Below, in pieces: positions 47,645 to 58,305 of a stretch of DNA of 64,000 nucleotides. This DNA is from an uncultured Lachnospiraceae bacterium (GTDB lineage Bacteria > Bacillota > Clostridia > Lachnospirales > Lachnospiraceae). A program made the translations under genes and the position numbers. The stretch lies in NCBI GenBank assembly GCA_905233695.1, contig CAJODN010000010.1, forward strand, positions 20,623 to 84,622. Direction: 5' to 3'. Under the pieces are notes generated by a model, which did not search any database, was not told the origin of the DNA, and saw only the letters and a list, made by a program, of their open reading frames with translations. Numbering within the stretch: position 1 is the first letter of the stretch; every line of letters begins with the position of its first letter.

Positions 47645-47659
47645 AAGGGAGTTTCATAC

Positions 47660-50600
47660 ATGCCTGGAACATATAACAGAGATAAAAAGAATCAACCGAT
47701 TGAATTCGACGCACTTCAGATTGGTCTGGCATCACCTGAGAAGATCAGAGAGTGGTCTTACGGTGAAGTAAAGAAGCCCGAGACAATTAACTACAGAACA
47801 CTTAAGCCCGAGAAGGATGGTCTGTTCTGCGAGAAGATATTCGGACCGAGCAAAGACTGGGAGTGTCATTGCGGTAAGTATAAGAAGATTAGATATAAGG
47901 GTGTTGTCTGCGATAAATGTGGTGTTGAGGTAACCAAAGCCGCTGTTCGAAGAGAGCGTATGGGTCACATCGAGCTCGCATGCCCTGTATCGCACATATG
48001 GTATTTTAAAGGTATTCCGTCAAGAATGGGTCTTCTTCTCGACCTTTCTCCGAGAGTACTTGACAGAGTATTATATTTCCACAGTTATATTGTATTAGAT
48101 CCCGGTGAGACGGATCTTGAATACAAGGGCATTCTTACTCAGGACGAGTACACGACAGCCGTAGAGACATACGGATCTGACGCCTTTCGCGTAGGAATGG
48201 GAGCAGAGTCAATTCAGGAGCTTCTTGCAGCAATCGACCTTGATGCCGATGCGGAGGAGCTTAAGGAAGAGCTTGAGACTGCAACAGGTCAGAAGAGAGC
48301 AAGAATTATTAAGAGACTGGAAGTAATCGAGGCATTCAGAGAGTCAGGTAACAAACCGGAATGGATGATACTTAACGTTATCCCCGTAATTCCTCCGGAT
48401 CTTCGCCCCATGGTTCAGCTTGACGGCGGAAGATTCGCCACATCTGACTTAAATGATTTATATCGTAGAATAGTTAACCGTAACAATCGTCTTAGGAAGC
48501 TTCTTGATATTAACGCACCTGAGATCGTTGTTCGTAACGAGAAGCGTATGCTTCAGGAAGCCGTTGACGGACTTATCGACAACGGTCGTCGTGGTCGTGC
48601 CGTAACGGGACCGGGTAACAGAGCGCTTAAGTCGCTTTCCGATATGCTTAAGGGTAAGTCAGGACGTTTCCGTCAGAACTTACTTGGTAAACGTGTTGAC
48701 TATTCAGGACGTTCCGTTATCGTGGTAGGACCTGAGCTTAAGATATACCAGTGTGGTCTTCCCAAGGAAATGGCAATTGAGTTATTCAAGCCCTTCGTTA
48801 TGAAGGTACTTGTTGAGACAGGCCAGGCTCATAATATTAAGAGCGCCAAGAAGATGGTAGAGAAGCTTGATCCTAAAGTATGGGATGTCTTAGAAGACGT
48901 AATTAAGGAGCATCCGGTTATGCTTAACCGTGCCCCCACACTTCACAGACTCGGTATCCAGGCATTCGAGCCGATCCTTGTTGAAGGTAAAGCCATTAAG
49001 CTTCATCCCCTCGTATGTACGGCTTACAATGCCGACTTCGACGGTGACCAGATGGCTGTTCACCTTCCGCTTACGGCTGAAGCACAGGCAGAGTGTAGAT
49101 TTATGCTCCTGTCACCCAACAACCTGCTTAAGCCTTCAGACGGTGGCCCTGTTGCCGTACCGTCTCAGGATATGGTACTCGGTATCTATTATCTTACACA
49201 GGAGAAATACAATCCTGACGAGAAGAAGATATATAAGAGCGTAAGCGAAGCAATTCTAGCTTACGAGAATAAGGCAGTAAGTCTTCATGAGCGTGTTAAG
49301 GTTCGTAAGACTAAGGAGACTGCAAGTGGCGAGGTTATCTCGGGTATAATCGAGTCTACCGTCGGAAGACTCATTTTCAATGAGATAATTCCGCAAGACT
49401 TAGGCTTCGTTGACAGATCGATTGAAGGTAACGAGCTTAAGCCCGAGATTGATGAACTGGTAGGTAAGAAGCAGCTTAAGAAGATTCTTGAAAAGGTTAT
49501 TAACAACCACGGCGCAACTAAGACAGCCGAAGTTCTTGATGATATCAAGGCTATGGGTTATAAGTACTCAACACAGGCGGCAATGACCGTATCAATCTCT
49601 GATATGACCGTTCCCGCAGGTAAAGCAGAGCTTATTGAAGAAGCCGAGAAGACTGTTAGTGACATTTCCAAGAAATATAATCGTGGTTGGGTTACTGAGG
49701 AAGAGCGTTACAGAGACGTTGTCAAGGTATGGGAGGATACCGATAGAGCCATAACCAAGGAGCTTCTCGACGGACTCGATCAATACAATAACATTTATAT
49801 GATGGCGGATTCCGGAGCCCGTGGTTCCGATAAGCAGATTAAGCAGCTTGCCGGTATGCGTGGTCTTATGGCGGATACAACAGGTCGTACAATCGAGCTT
49901 CCAATTAAGTCTAACTTCCGTGAAGGTCTTGACGTACTCGAGTACTTCATGTCGGCTCACGGTGCAAGAAAGGGACTGTCGGATACAGCTCTTCGTACAG
50001 CCGATTCCGGATATCTTACAAGACGTCTCGTTGACGTATCACAGCAGCTTATCGTAAGAGAGAGAGACTGTGTAATGGATACGGACGAAGAGATGCCCGG
50101 TATGTATGTACGCGCATTTATGGAAGGAAGAGAAGAGATTGAGTCTCTTCAGGAGCGTATCACAGGTAGGTTCTCTTGCGAGACCATTTCCGATAAGGAT
50201 GGAAATGTTATAGTTAAAGCCAACCATATGATTACACCTAAGCGTGCTGAAGATATAGTTACGAAGGGTGTCAACGAAGACGGTAAATTATTCAGAGACT
50301 TAATCCAGGCTGAGAAGGACGATCCTTCAGTTAAGGAGAAGGCTCAGATTAAGATTCGTACAATTCTTACATGTAAGTCACGTTACGGTGTCTGTGCAAA
50401 ATGTTACGGTGCCAACATGGCAACAGGTAACGCCGTACAGGTTGGTGAAGCAATCGGTATTATCGCCGCTCAGTCAATCGGTGAGCCGGGTACACAGCTT
50501 ACAATGCGTACATTCCATACAGGTGGTGTGGCAGGTAACGATATCACTCAAGGTCTTCCTCGTGTGGAGGAAATCTTCGAGGCAAGAAAGCCTAAGGGAC

Positions 50601-51547
50601 TTGCCATTATATCTGAGATTGCCGGAACTATTGAGATTAGAGATACTAAGAAGAAGAGAGAAGTCGTTGTAAGAGGCGACGATGGTGAGGAGAAGGCATA
50701 CCTTATCCCTTACGGTTCTCGTATCAAGGTAATCGACGGACAGACAATTGAGAAGGGTGACGAGCTTACGGAAGGTTCTGTTAACCCTCATGACATTATT
50801 GATATTAAGGGCGTAAGAGCCGTTCAGGATTATATGCTCCGTGAAGTACAGAGAGTATATCGTCTCCAGGGTGTTGATATCAACGATAAGCATATCGAGG
50901 TTATCGTTCACCAGATGCTTAAGAAGGTAAGAATCGACCAGTCAGGTGATTCGGGATATCTCCCGGGAACACAGGTTGATGTACTTGAATATGAGGCTAT
51001 GAATAAGAAGCTTGAAGAGGAAGGCAAGCTTCCGGCAGAGGGTGAGAGAATCCTTCTCGGAATTACCAAAGCATCTCTTGCTACCGACTCATTCTTATCA
51101 GCCGCATCATTCCAGGAGACTACCAAGGTTCTTACAGGTGCTGCAATTAAGGGTAAGGTTGACCCTCTTATGGGACTTAAGGAAAGCGTAATCCTCGGTA
51201 AGCTTATCCCTGCCGGAACCGGAATGAAGAGATACAGCAGTATCAGAATTAACACAACATACGATAACGAGATGGCAAGACAGATTAATAAGGCCAAGGA
51301 AGAAGCCGAGAGACTTGCCCAGGCTGAGCTTGAAGCCGTAGCAGCGGAAGAAGAAGCGGCTAAGGCGACTGAAGAAGCAGAGGCTTTAGAGGGTGTTGAA
51401 GCAGAGGATGTTGCTTTGACAGATGCTCCGGAAGAAGGCGTATCTGAAGCGGATGTTGATGCTCCGGAGGGTGAAGACGGTGCAGATGATGCATTAGCAG
51501 CAGCGCTTATCAAAGACCTTATGAATTCGGATGGCGACGAGGAGTAA
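47660..51547 (+). CDS. rpoC: DNA-directed RNA polymerase subunit beta'
   Basis: NADFDGD catalytic motif, zinc-binding CHCGKY...CDKCGVEV, and an Ala/Glu/Asp-rich C-terminal tail. Confidence 0.97.
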   Translation: MPGTYNRDKKNQPIEFDALQIGLASPEKIREWSYGEVKKPETINYRTLKPEKDGLFCEKIFGPSKDWECHCGKYKKIRYKGVVCDKCGVEVTKAAVRRERMGHIELACPVSHIWYFKGIPSRMGLLLDLSPRVLDRVLYFHSYIVLDPGETDLEYKGILTQDEYTTAVETYGSDAFRVGMGAESIQELLAAIDLDADAEELKEELETATGQKRARIIKRLEVIEAFRESGNKPEWMILNVIPVIPPDLRPMVQLDGGRFATSDLNDLYRRIVNRNNRLRKLLDINAPEIVVRNEKRMLQEAVDGLIDNGRRGRAVTGPGNRALKSLSDMLKGKSGRFRQNLLGKRVDYSGRSVIVVGPELKIYQCGLPKEMAIELFKPFVMKVLVETGQAHNIKSAKKMVEKLDPKVWDVLEDVIKEHPVMLNRAPTLHRLGIQAFEPILVEGKAIKLHPLVCTAYNADFDGDQMAVHLPLTAEAQAECRFMLLSPNNLLKPSDGGPVAVPSQDMVLGIYYLTQEKYNPDEKKIYKSVSEAILAYENKAVSLHERVKVRKTKETASGEVISGIIESTVGRLIFNEIIPQDLGFVDRSIEGNELKPEIDELVGKKQLKKILEKVINNHGATKTAEVLDDIKAMGYKYSTQAAMTVSISDMTVPAGKAELIEEAEKTVSDISKKYNRGWVTEEERYRDVVKVWEDTDRAITKELLDGLDQYNNIYMMADSGARGSDKQIKQLAGMRGLMADTTGRTIELPIKSNFREGLDVLEYFMSAHGARKGLSDTALRTADSGYLTRRLVDVSQQLIVRERDCVMDTDEEMPGMYVRAFMEGREEIESLQERITGRFSCETISDKDGNVIVKANHMITPKRAEDIVTKGVNEDGKLFRDLIQAEKDDPSVKEKAQIKIRTILTCKSRYGVCAKCYGANMATGNAVQVGEAIGIIAAQSIGEPGTQLTMRTFHTGGVAGNDITQGLPRVEEIFEARKPKGLAIISEIAGTIEIRDTKKKREVVVRGDDGEEKAYLIPYGSRIKVIDGQTIEKGDELTEGSVNPHDIIDIKGVRAVQDYMLREVQRVYRLQGVDINDKHIEVIVHQMLKKVRIDQSGDSGYLPGTQVDVLEYEAMNKKLEEEGKLPAEGERILLGITKASLATDSFLSAASFQETTKVLTGAAIKGKVDPLMGLKESVILGKLIPAGTGMKRYSSIRINTTYDNEMARQINKAKEEAERLAQAELEAVAAEEEAAKATEEAEALEGVEAEDVALTDAPEEGVSEADVDAPEGEDGADDALAAALIKDLMNSDGDEE

Positions 51548-51564
51548 TCCTTGTGGAAATGTCC

Positions 51565-51593
51565 TTGACACGCTAATCGATATAAAGTAAAAT
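51565..51593 (+). promoter_or_regulatory. candidate promoter downstream of rpoC
   Basis: TTGACA (51565-51570), 17-nt spacer, TAAAAT (51588-51593). Confidence 0.55.
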
Positions 51594-51634
51594 TAATTTC
51601 GTATAAAGTGTAGAACATTAAGGAGGAAATTATT

Positions 51635-52048
51635 ATGCCAATAGCAGCTTTAATAGTGGGTATTTGTTCATTAGTAGCCGCATTAGTCGGTGGAGCAGTG
51701 CCGGGCGGATCTTTCGTAGCGGCAATTGTACTTCTTGTTATCGCTATTATCGGTGGTATCGTAGGTATCATCCTTGGCGCTAAGACAATGAAGCAGTTCC
51801 CTGAGAAGAAGGGATTCGGTGTCGGCGGTCTTGTTACATCTATTATCGCAATCGTATATGCAGTTATTAGTCTTATTGCATGTGTAGCTTGTGTTGCATG
51901 TGTAGGAACTGCAGTTAACGAAGCAGGAAAGCAGATTGAGCAGGAATATAACAATATGACACCTGAAGAGAAAGCTCAGTTAGAGCAACAGATTAATCAG
52001 GCAGCTCAAGAACTTGAGAATGCAGCTAATCAGTCGCAGACGCAGTAA
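51635..52048 (+). CDS. small polytopic membrane protein (DUF4190-like) with Gln/Glu-rich C-terminal tail
   Basis: 137 aa. Gly/Ile/Val-rich TM helices, a CVACVACV run, and an RBS AAGGAGG. Confidence 0.6.
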   Translation: MPIAALIVGICSLVAALVGGAVPGGSFVAAIVLLVIAIIGGIVGIILGAKTMKQFPEKKGFGVGGLVTSIIAIVYAVISLIACVACVACVGTAVNEAGKQIEQEYNNMTPEEKAQLEQQINQAAQELENAANQSQTQ

Positions 52049-52080
52049 GATGGATAATCTATTATTGGATTAAGAGCGAT

Positions 52081-52106
52081 AGGCTTAGGAGATTTATCCT
52101 AAGCCT
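52081..52106 (+). terminator. intrinsic terminator
   Basis: AGGCTTAGGA-GATTTA-TCCTAAGCCT followed by AATTTAT. Confidence 0.6.
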
Positions 52107-52129
52107 AATTTATAAAGGAGGAAATCATT

Positions 52130-52681
52130 ATGGCATATTATGAAGGCGATCCTAATAATAATCAGGGTCAGGATATGAACCAGGGTGGCGCTCCGGATCA
52201 AGGTGCCGGACAGTTCCAGAATGCCGCTCCCAATCAGGACGCACAGCAGTTCCAGCAACAGCAATTCCAGGGACAGCAGAATCAGCAGTTCCAAGGACAA
52301 CAGCAGTATCAGGGACAGCAACAGTACCAGGGACAACAGCAATATCAGCAGTATCAGACATATCAACAGCCTTATGTTAATTATGTAGATACAGGACATA
52401 GTCCCACACAGATTATGGTATTCGGTATTGTTTCACTTGCAGGAGGATTTATTTTCGGATGGACATTCGTGTTCGGAATTCTTGCAATTGTATTCGGTGC
52501 CCTTGCAATGAGTTGGGGTAAGAAATTCTTGGATGCTAACCCCGGTATAGAGAACTCGCAGGTTAAGGCAGGAAGAATCTGCGGTATTATCGGATTAATA
52601 TTCGGTATCATAAGTATGGTTGGAGCTTTAATTGTTGCCGTAGCCGGTGGTTGCGCAGCTTGCTATAGCTACTACTATTAA
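52130..52681 (+). CDS. DUF4190-like membrane protein with Gln-rich low-complexity N-terminus
   Basis: 183 aa. The N-terminal ~85 aa are Q/G/N/Y-rich with (QQYQG)x3. The C-terminal half matches the DUF4190 pattern (GIVSLAGG...FGALAMSWGKK...AGRICGIIGLIFGII). Confidence 0.65.
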   Translation: MAYYEGDPNNNQGQDMNQGGAPDQGAGQFQNAAPNQDAQQFQQQQFQGQQNQQFQGQQQYQGQQQYQGQQQYQQYQTYQQPYVNYVDTGHSPTQIMVFGIVSLAGGFIFGWTFVFGILAIVFGALAMSWGKKFLDANPGIENSQVKAGRICGIIGLIFGIISMVGALIVAVAGGCAACYSYYY

Positions 52682-52702
52682 GATATTATTGTAAGCATAT
52701 CG

Positions 52703-52725
52703 CCTCTGCCGATATTCGGCAGAGG
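52703..52725 (+). terminator. intrinsic terminator
   Basis: CCTCTGCCGA-TAT-TCGGCAGAGG followed by TGTTTGATT. Confidence 0.65.
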
Positions 52726-52747
52726 TGTTTGATTGTAGAGGTTTATT

Positions 52748-53533
52748 ATGAGTATGTATCTTGACTTCGGCCTATTCAAGATTCCGGGATACGGAACCAT
52801 GATAGCGCTGGGGGGAATAATTGCCAATATTATTGTTGTTCTTCTTATCCTTAAGAGAGATAAGAAGGAGATATGGGACTTTGTAATCTTAGAGGGATTC
52901 GGTCTTCTCGGCGGAGTTATAGGTTCGAAGCTTCTCTATATTATTGTAAGCTTTAACGATATTCCTTGGGATAGGATTTCGGAGCCGGAGGTACTTGCTA
53001 CCTTAGTAAGCGGAGGATTCGTATTCTACGGAGGCTTAATTCTTGCGGTAGTATTTGTATTTATAGGTGGTAAATGTAATAAAATCGACACATGGGACTA
53101 CCTTAGTAATTACGCATTTGCAATCCCCTTGGCTCATGGATTCGGGCGGATAGGATGCTTCCTTGCGGGATGTTGCTACGGTATACCGTACGACGGACCG
53201 ATTGCCGTTGTATATCCGGAGGAGTCACTGATTGCACCGAGCGGAATCCCCATGTTCCCGGTACAGCTTATTGAGGCATGCTGTCTATTCATTATTTCAA
53301 TAATCCTTTTCCTATTCTATTGGTTTAGGAAAGCTGACTACGTGCTTCCAATATATTTTATATTTTACGGAATTGTGCGATTTGTGTTAGAATATTATAG
53401 GTATGATGAATACCGAGGTAAATTCTTCTCGCTTTATACATCTCAGTGGATAAGTATCGGAATGGTAATTGCGGGAATTATCTGGATTATATACTTTATA
53501 AGAAGAGACAAGAAGGGGCAAGTTAATAATTAG
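52748..53533 (+). CDS. lgt: prolipoprotein diacylglyceryl transferase
   Basis: 261 aa. HGFGRIGCFLAGCCYG and polytopic topology. Confidence 0.88.
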   Translation: MSMYLDFGLFKIPGYGTMIALGGIIANIIVVLLILKRDKKEIWDFVILEGFGLLGGVIGSKLLYIIVSFNDIPWDRISEPEVLATLVSGGFVFYGGLILAVVFVFIGGKCNKIDTWDYLSNYAFAIPLAHGFGRIGCFLAGCCYGIPYDGPIAVVYPEESLIAPSGIPMFPVQLIEACCLFIISIILFLFYWFRKADYVLPIYFIFYGIVRFVLEYYRYDEYRGKFFSLYTSQWISIGMVIAGIIWIIYFIRRDKKGQVNN

Positions 53534-53535
53534 TT

Positions 53536-54699
53536 ATGAGATATCTTGTAATGTCGTGCAGTACCGGCGGAGGTCATAACTCAGCCGCTCATGCTGTGGA
53601 ACAGGAACTTATTAAGAGAGGGCATGAAGTAGATTTTTTAGACCCATACGATCTCGTTGACAAGAAGGTTAGCGAGGGTGTGGGCAATGCATATATAAAA
53701 CTGGTTCAGACTTCGCCGAAGGTATTCGGCTCGGTCTATTTTCTGGGTGAAGTATTCAGCAAGATTCCCGTTAAGTCACCGGTTTATTTTGCGAACATAG
53801 GTGTAGCGCATCGTATGCGTGATTTCCTTCGTGAGAATAAATACGATGGGATAATAATGTCCCATATTTATCCTGCGGAAATGATAACGAGACTTAAGCA
53901 CCATAAAGAAGAGCTTCCGCCAACATTCTATATAGCAACGGATTATACATGCATTCCGTTTACGGCGGAGACGGATTGCGATTATTATTGTGTTCCGGGA
54001 GAGGACGCGATAGAACCATTCACTTCTCGTGGAATACCAATCGAGAAGATTAAGCCTTATGGTATTCCTGTAAGCGAGGGGTTCGACACATCAGGGCTTT
54101 CGAGAGAGAGCCAAAAAGCCTTAGAAGAGGCGTGTCTTTCTTCGGATATGAGACATATTCTTCTTATAGGAGGAAGTATCGGTGCGGGAAATGTGGGTCT
54201 GGCCGTTAAGATTCTGTCGGGATACATTAAGGAATTCAATAAGAAGGTGGACGAAGGCATAATTAAGTCAAGAAAGCTTCACGCAATCGTAATCTGTGGT
54301 AAAAACGAGAAACTGTATAAGAAGCTAAGCCATAAGAAGATGCCTTATACGACAGTTCTTAGGCAAACCGACAGCTTGTCTTCTTATATAAAGTCTTGCG
54401 ACATTGTAATATCCAAGCCCGGCGGACTATCCTCTACCGAGGTAGCTGTGGCAAAGGTGCCGCTAATACACATTTCACCTATTCCCGGTTGCGAGACCTT
54501 CAATGTCAGATACTTCGAAGCAAGAGGTATGAGTATATACGTTAAGAATCTTCGGAAGGACTTGGCATCGGCAATCACCGCGCTCCTTAAGCCGGAGAAC
54601 CGCCGCAAGATGCTTCGAAGCCAAGAAGAATCAATAAACGACCGTGCCCGAAACGAATGGTGCGACTTTATCGAATCTGTGTCGGGGGGAGAGTTATGA
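53536..54699 (+). CDS. glycosyltransferase, MGDG-synthase/UgtP-like (diacylglycerol glycosyltransferase)
   Basis: 387 aa. N-terminal STGGGHNSAA and C-terminal GT-B motif ISKPGGLSSTE. Confidence 0.78.
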   Translation: MRYLVMSCSTGGGHNSAAHAVEQELIKRGHEVDFLDPYDLVDKKVSEGVGNAYIKLVQTSPKVFGSVYFLGEVFSKIPVKSPVYFANIGVAHRMRDFLRENKYDGIIMSHIYPAEMITRLKHHKEELPPTFYIATDYTCIPFTAETDCDYYCVPGEDAIEPFTSRGIPIEKIKPYGIPVSEGFDTSGLSRESQKALEEACLSSDMRHILLIGGSIGAGNVGLAVKILSGYIKEFNKKVDEGIIKSRKLHAIVICGKNEKLYKKLSHKKMPYTTVLRQTDSLSSYIKSCDIVISKPGGLSSTEVAVAKVPLIHISPIPGCETFNVRYFEARGMSIYVKNLRKDLASAITALLKPENRRKMLRSQEESINDRARNEWCDFIESVSGGEL

Positions 54700-55349
54700 A
54701 CTACATCCTACAATACATGGTTTTTGCAATAGCCGGATATTTCCTGGGCTCAATATTATTTGCAAGGCTATGGGGAAATGTGTTAAAAAAAGGAGACATA
54801 ACGAAAGATACACCGGACGGTAACCCCGGTACCTTCAACGCATTTGCCAAGGGAGGATTCTGGTGTGGAACGTTGACGGTTCTATGTGATGTATCAAAGG
54901 GCCTAGTCCCGGTATTCCTATGTCTTCATCTTGTAGACGTCAATTATCATAATGAAATCTTAATGGGTATTGTTATGCTGTCTCCCATTATCGGACATAT
55001 GCTACCTATCTTCTATAAGTTCAAGGGCGGTAAAGGCATAGCGGTAACCTTCGGTACGCTGGCCGGATACTTATTGGATTTCCGACCGGTGCTTCTTCTT
55101 GCGATAACATTTATCGTATTCTCAGTTATACTCGTAATCAAGCCGGATTACTATAAGACGATGGTTACGTTTGTACTCGCTGCTCTGGTAAGTCCGTTCG
55201 TAGGTTACAGGCTTGCTGTTGTTATTACATACGTAGGCGCAGCTATCATTGTCTGTATCAAGCTTCTACTTAGTTCTGAAGAGAAGAAGGAATTCTCCCT
55301 TTCTGTTTTTAAGTGGAAGATTATCGGAGGGAAAGAAGCACCTTCTTAA
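54696..55349 (+). CDS. plsY: glycerol-3-phosphate acyltransferase PlsY
   Basis: The ATG overlaps the upstream stop (ATGA). GNPGTFNAF and FKGGKG motifs. The track start 54657 lies inside the previous gene. Confidence 0.9.
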   Translation: MNYILQYMVFAIAGYFLGSILFARLWGNVLKKGDITKDTPDGNPGTFNAFAKGGFWCGTLTVLCDVSKGLVPVFLCLHLVDVNYHNEILMGIVMLSPIIGHMLPIFYKFKGGKGIAVTFGTLAGYLLDFRPVLLLAITFIVFSVILVIKPDYYKTMVTFVLAALVSPFVGYRLAVVITYVGAAIIVCIKLLLSSEEKKEFSLSVFKWKIIGGKEAPS

Positions 55350-55549
55350 TTGTAAGTATATTTTTCATATCCTTGTATTTCAACAAGTATTGTCGCGTCT
55401 CCCATAGAAATGTTTGGTAATATTCTATCATATAATTGTACTACGAGGGTTAATCAGAGTATATGGCACGTTTCTTTATGTAACCTCCACAAAAAACTTT
55501 TTTATCTTTGTGAAAATGTACCGACAAAAAAATTTCCATTAAACGCCTA

Positions 55550-55578
55550 GTGACATTTTGGGGAAACGGTCTTATAAT
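55550..55578 (+). promoter_or_regulatory. candidate promoter of the Tad/Flp-like pilus operon
   Basis: GTGACA (55550-55555), 17-nt spacer, TATAAT (55573-55578). Confidence 0.5.
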
Positions 55579-55630
55579 GATAACCACTCCGAACGAAACG
55601 GGTTCGGCGACACGAAAAGAGGTGATGCTT

Positions 55631-56140
55631 ATGCAGGCATACATCGTGGCGGTTAGCATACTTACCGTCGCAGCGGCCTGTGATCTAGTAACGAAGAAGA
55701 TTCCCAACTTAATTATAATATGTGGATATATAATCGCATTTACAACAATGTTCTTTCTTAACGGAACAGACGAATTCTATATCTACATTATTCGCGCCCT
55801 GTGGCCGATTCCGGCACTGTTTATTTTCTATTATCTAAGGGCGCTCGGAGCGGGAGATATTAAATTATTTTCCGTAATATCAATATTCATCCCCACTGAA
55901 GTTTTGATACGATTTATTATTTTTTCATTTGTAATAGCCGCAATTTGGGGAATCCTCAAGTTCATTATAAGTAAAGAATTACATATTAAGATAATGGGTG
56001 TTATTAACCATGTTAAGCACTGTGTGGAGACAGGCGAGATAACAATGTATAGGCCCAAGGGTGAGAGTAGCTATATCTGCTTTTCCATATACATGCTTAT
56101 CGGTTTTATCACCAGTATCGGAATGGAGGTGTTACTGTGA
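55631..56140 (+). CDS. A24 family prepilin peptidase (TadV/CpaA-like), copy 1
   Basis: The first catalytic Asp sits in AAACDLVTKKIPN and the second in LGAGDIKLF, within a polytopic membrane protein. The start could be 55625 or 55631; RBS spacing favours 55631. Confidence 0.8.
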   Translation: MQAYIVAVSILTVAAACDLVTKKIPNLIIICGYIIAFTTMFFLNGTDEFYIYIIRALWPIPALFIFYYLRALGAGDIKLFSVISIFIPTEVLIRFIIFSFVIAAIWGILKFIISKELHIKIMGVINHVKHCVETGEITMYRPKGESSYICFSIYMLIGFITSIGMEVLL

Positions 56141-57072
56141 GAATTGCAATCTGCGATTTTGACGACAAGTACCTGTATAGCCTCCTTACTTATCTATATG
56201 GAAAATGTGAAAAAGAAGAGTTCTTTTCATTTACAACGTTAGAAGATTATGAAGAGTCATTATCCGAAGGTGGCTATGACTACACCGTTATGGATGAAGA
56301 TTTCTACGAGAAGTGGAAAGATAAGAAAAATAGCATCGGTAAGCTCATAATCTTAAGCGCCAAAATAGATAATATAGGAAATAGGGACGAGTATCAGGTC
56401 ATATATAAGTACGGACCCATGGATGGACTCTATCGAATTATGAAGAAAAAATCGAGGAAAACATCAGGTGCGAAAAAGTACGCAATATATTCTCCAATTC
56501 ATCATGAATTGACAGAGATGTACGGACTTAGTATGTGTCAGATGCTTAGCGAGAGCTCGAAGGTACTGTTAATCGATACTATGTATTGCCCGTTGGTTGA
56601 GAAGCTAATAAGAGACGGTCCAAGGGGAAGCTTTATTGACGTAATATATAAGCTTTGCAATGGCAAATCAGATGAGATTCGAGAGCTGATAGAAGAATAC
56701 GATGGCGTAGACGTATTGCCTTTCGTCTGTAATCCTACGGATACGGCGTCTGTTAATAAAGAAGAATGGAATATGCTAATTGACTATATCGATTCGCTTA
56801 ACTACGAGACGTATGTATTCCTGTTAGACGAGATTAACCAAGGCTTTCGAAGCATTATGGAGTATGTGGATAACTGCGTTCTTATCAATAAGAAAGGTGA
56901 TTATTATAAGTCTAAGCAGGCTAATATGCAGAAATATATTAGGAGCATCGGGACTGATGCGACTGCTGTTGAGCTTTTAATGTCAGCCAATAATCTAACG
57001 GAAGGTTGCTATCAATTGGAAGAGCTTTTAACAGGTAATCTGGGACGGTATGTAAGAAAGCAGAATTACTGA
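56137..57072 (+). CDS. TadZ/CpaE-position protein: receiver-like N-domain plus ParA/MinD-like domain lacking a recognisable Walker A
   Basis: The GTG start overlaps the upstream stop (GTGA). Its position directly upstream of the CpaF ATPase fits TadZ. YAIYSPIHHELTE occupies the place where KGGxGK(S/T) would be expected. Confidence 0.45.
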   Translation: MRIAICDFDDKYLYSLLTYLYGKCEKEEFFSFTTLEDYEESLSEGGYDYTVMDEDFYEKWKDKKNSIGKLIILSAKIDNIGNRDEYQVIYKYGPMDGLYRIMKKKSRKTSGAKKYAIYSPIHHELTEMYGLSMCQMLSESSKVLLIDTMYCPLVEKLIRDGPRGSFIDVIYKLCNGKSDEIRELIEEYDGVDVLPFVCNPTDTASVNKEEWNMLIDYIDSLNYETYVFLLDEINQGFRSIMEYVDNCVLINKKGDYYKSKQANMQKYIRSIGTDATAVELLMSANNLTEGCYQLEELLTGNLGRYVRKQNY

Positions 57073-57102
57073 TGAGGAATCTATTTCAGTGGGGATTAAT
57101 AT

Positions 57103-58305
57103 ATGGATTTGGAAAGTGCATTTCACACAATCGAATCGCGGCTTTTTGATAGCATAGATGTAAGCATAGATATTGATGACGACGCAATAATGGACAGAAT
57201 CCAAGAGGAGATATGTCTGTACGCGAGAGACGCGCCTTTAGATGTAGACGATAGAATAAGGCTTCAGAGAGAGCTTTTTAATTCTCTTAGGAAATACGAT
57301 GTGCTGTCCGAGCTTCTGGAGGATGACGATATTACGGAGATAATGATTAACGGACATGACCACATATTTATAGAAAAGTGGGGAAAGGTGGTTAAGACCG
57401 AGAAGACATTTAGCTCCAGAGAAAAACTTGATGATGTCATACAGCAGATAGTTGGTGCCAACAACCAGGTTATTAACGAGACAAACCCGATTGTGGACAC
57501 CAGACTATCTGACGGATCGAGAGTTAATATCGTCCTTCCGCCAATTGCCATCGACGGCAGCGTAATGTCTATAAGAAGATTCTCTAAAGAGCCCATTACG
57601 TTAAAAAGATTAATCGAGCTTAATTCTATTGATGAAGAGATAAAAGATTTCTTGGGGCAACTTATAAGAGCTAAATATAACATTTTCATTTCCGGCGGAA
57701 CAGGCTCGGGCAAGACAACCTTCTTAAATGCCTTGACGGAACATATACCATCGGATGAACGAGTAATAACAATAGAGGATGCAGCAGAACTGCAGGTAAT
57801 CGGCATTAATAATCTCGTCAGGTTAGAAGCGAGAAGAGAGAATATCGAAGGCGACCTAGAAGTAACAATACGGGACCTAGTCAGAACCTCTCTTAGAATG
57901 AGACCTAACAGAATTATTGTCGGCGAGTGCAGAGGTGCGGAAGCTATTGAGGTCCTTCAGGCATGTAACACAGGGCATGACGGAAGCTTAAGTACCGGTC
58001 ACGCTAATTCGTCCGTAGATATGATATCGCGTCTTGAGACCATGGTATTACAAGGAATGGAGATTCCGGTTATGGCTATAAGGAAGCAGATAGCATCGGC
58101 TATAGATATTTTTATTCACCTGGGAAGACTTCCCACCGGAGAGAGAAAGCTTCTGGAAATATCAGAGGTTATTGGAATGAAAGGCGAAGATATTAAGCTT
58201 AATAAACTCTATGAATTTGATTATGAAAGTAAAGGCAAAGGTAGCAGATGGTTAAAAAGATCGGACTTGCAAAATACAGAGAAACTCTCAAGGATCCTAA
58301 AGTAA
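57103..58305 (+). CDS. cpaF: CpaF/TadA family secretion ATPase
   Basis: 400 aa. Walker A GGTGSGKTT, then ITIEDAAEL, RMRPNRIIVGECRG and GHDGSLST. Confidence 0.92.
   Translation: MDLESAFHTIESRLFDSIDVSIDIDDDAIMDRIQEEICLYARDAPLDVDDRIRLQRELFNSLRKYDVLSELLEDDDITEIMINGHDHIFIEKWGKVVKTEKTFSSREKLDDVIQQIVGANNQVINETNPIVDTRLSDGSRVNIVLPPIAIDGSVMSIRRFSKEPITLKRLIELNSIDEEIKDFLGQLIRAKYNIFISGGTGSGKTTFLNALTEHIPSDERVITIEDAAELQVIGINNLVRLEARRENIEGDLEVTIRDLVRTSLRMRPNRIIVGECRGAEAIEVLQACNTGHDGSLSTGHANSSVDMISRLETMVLQGMEIPVMAIRKQIASAIDIFIHLGRLPTGERKLLEISEVIGMKGEDIKLNKLYEFDYESKGKGSRWLKRSDLQNTEKLSRILK

Noticed and set aside
50908-51954. 348-aa ORF on the - strand spanning the rpoC 3' end and the next gene
   Set aside because: It is antisense to the Ala/Glu-rich rpoC tail, giving Ser/Ala-rich junk. 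It also crosses an intergenic promoter and has no RBS or motifs.
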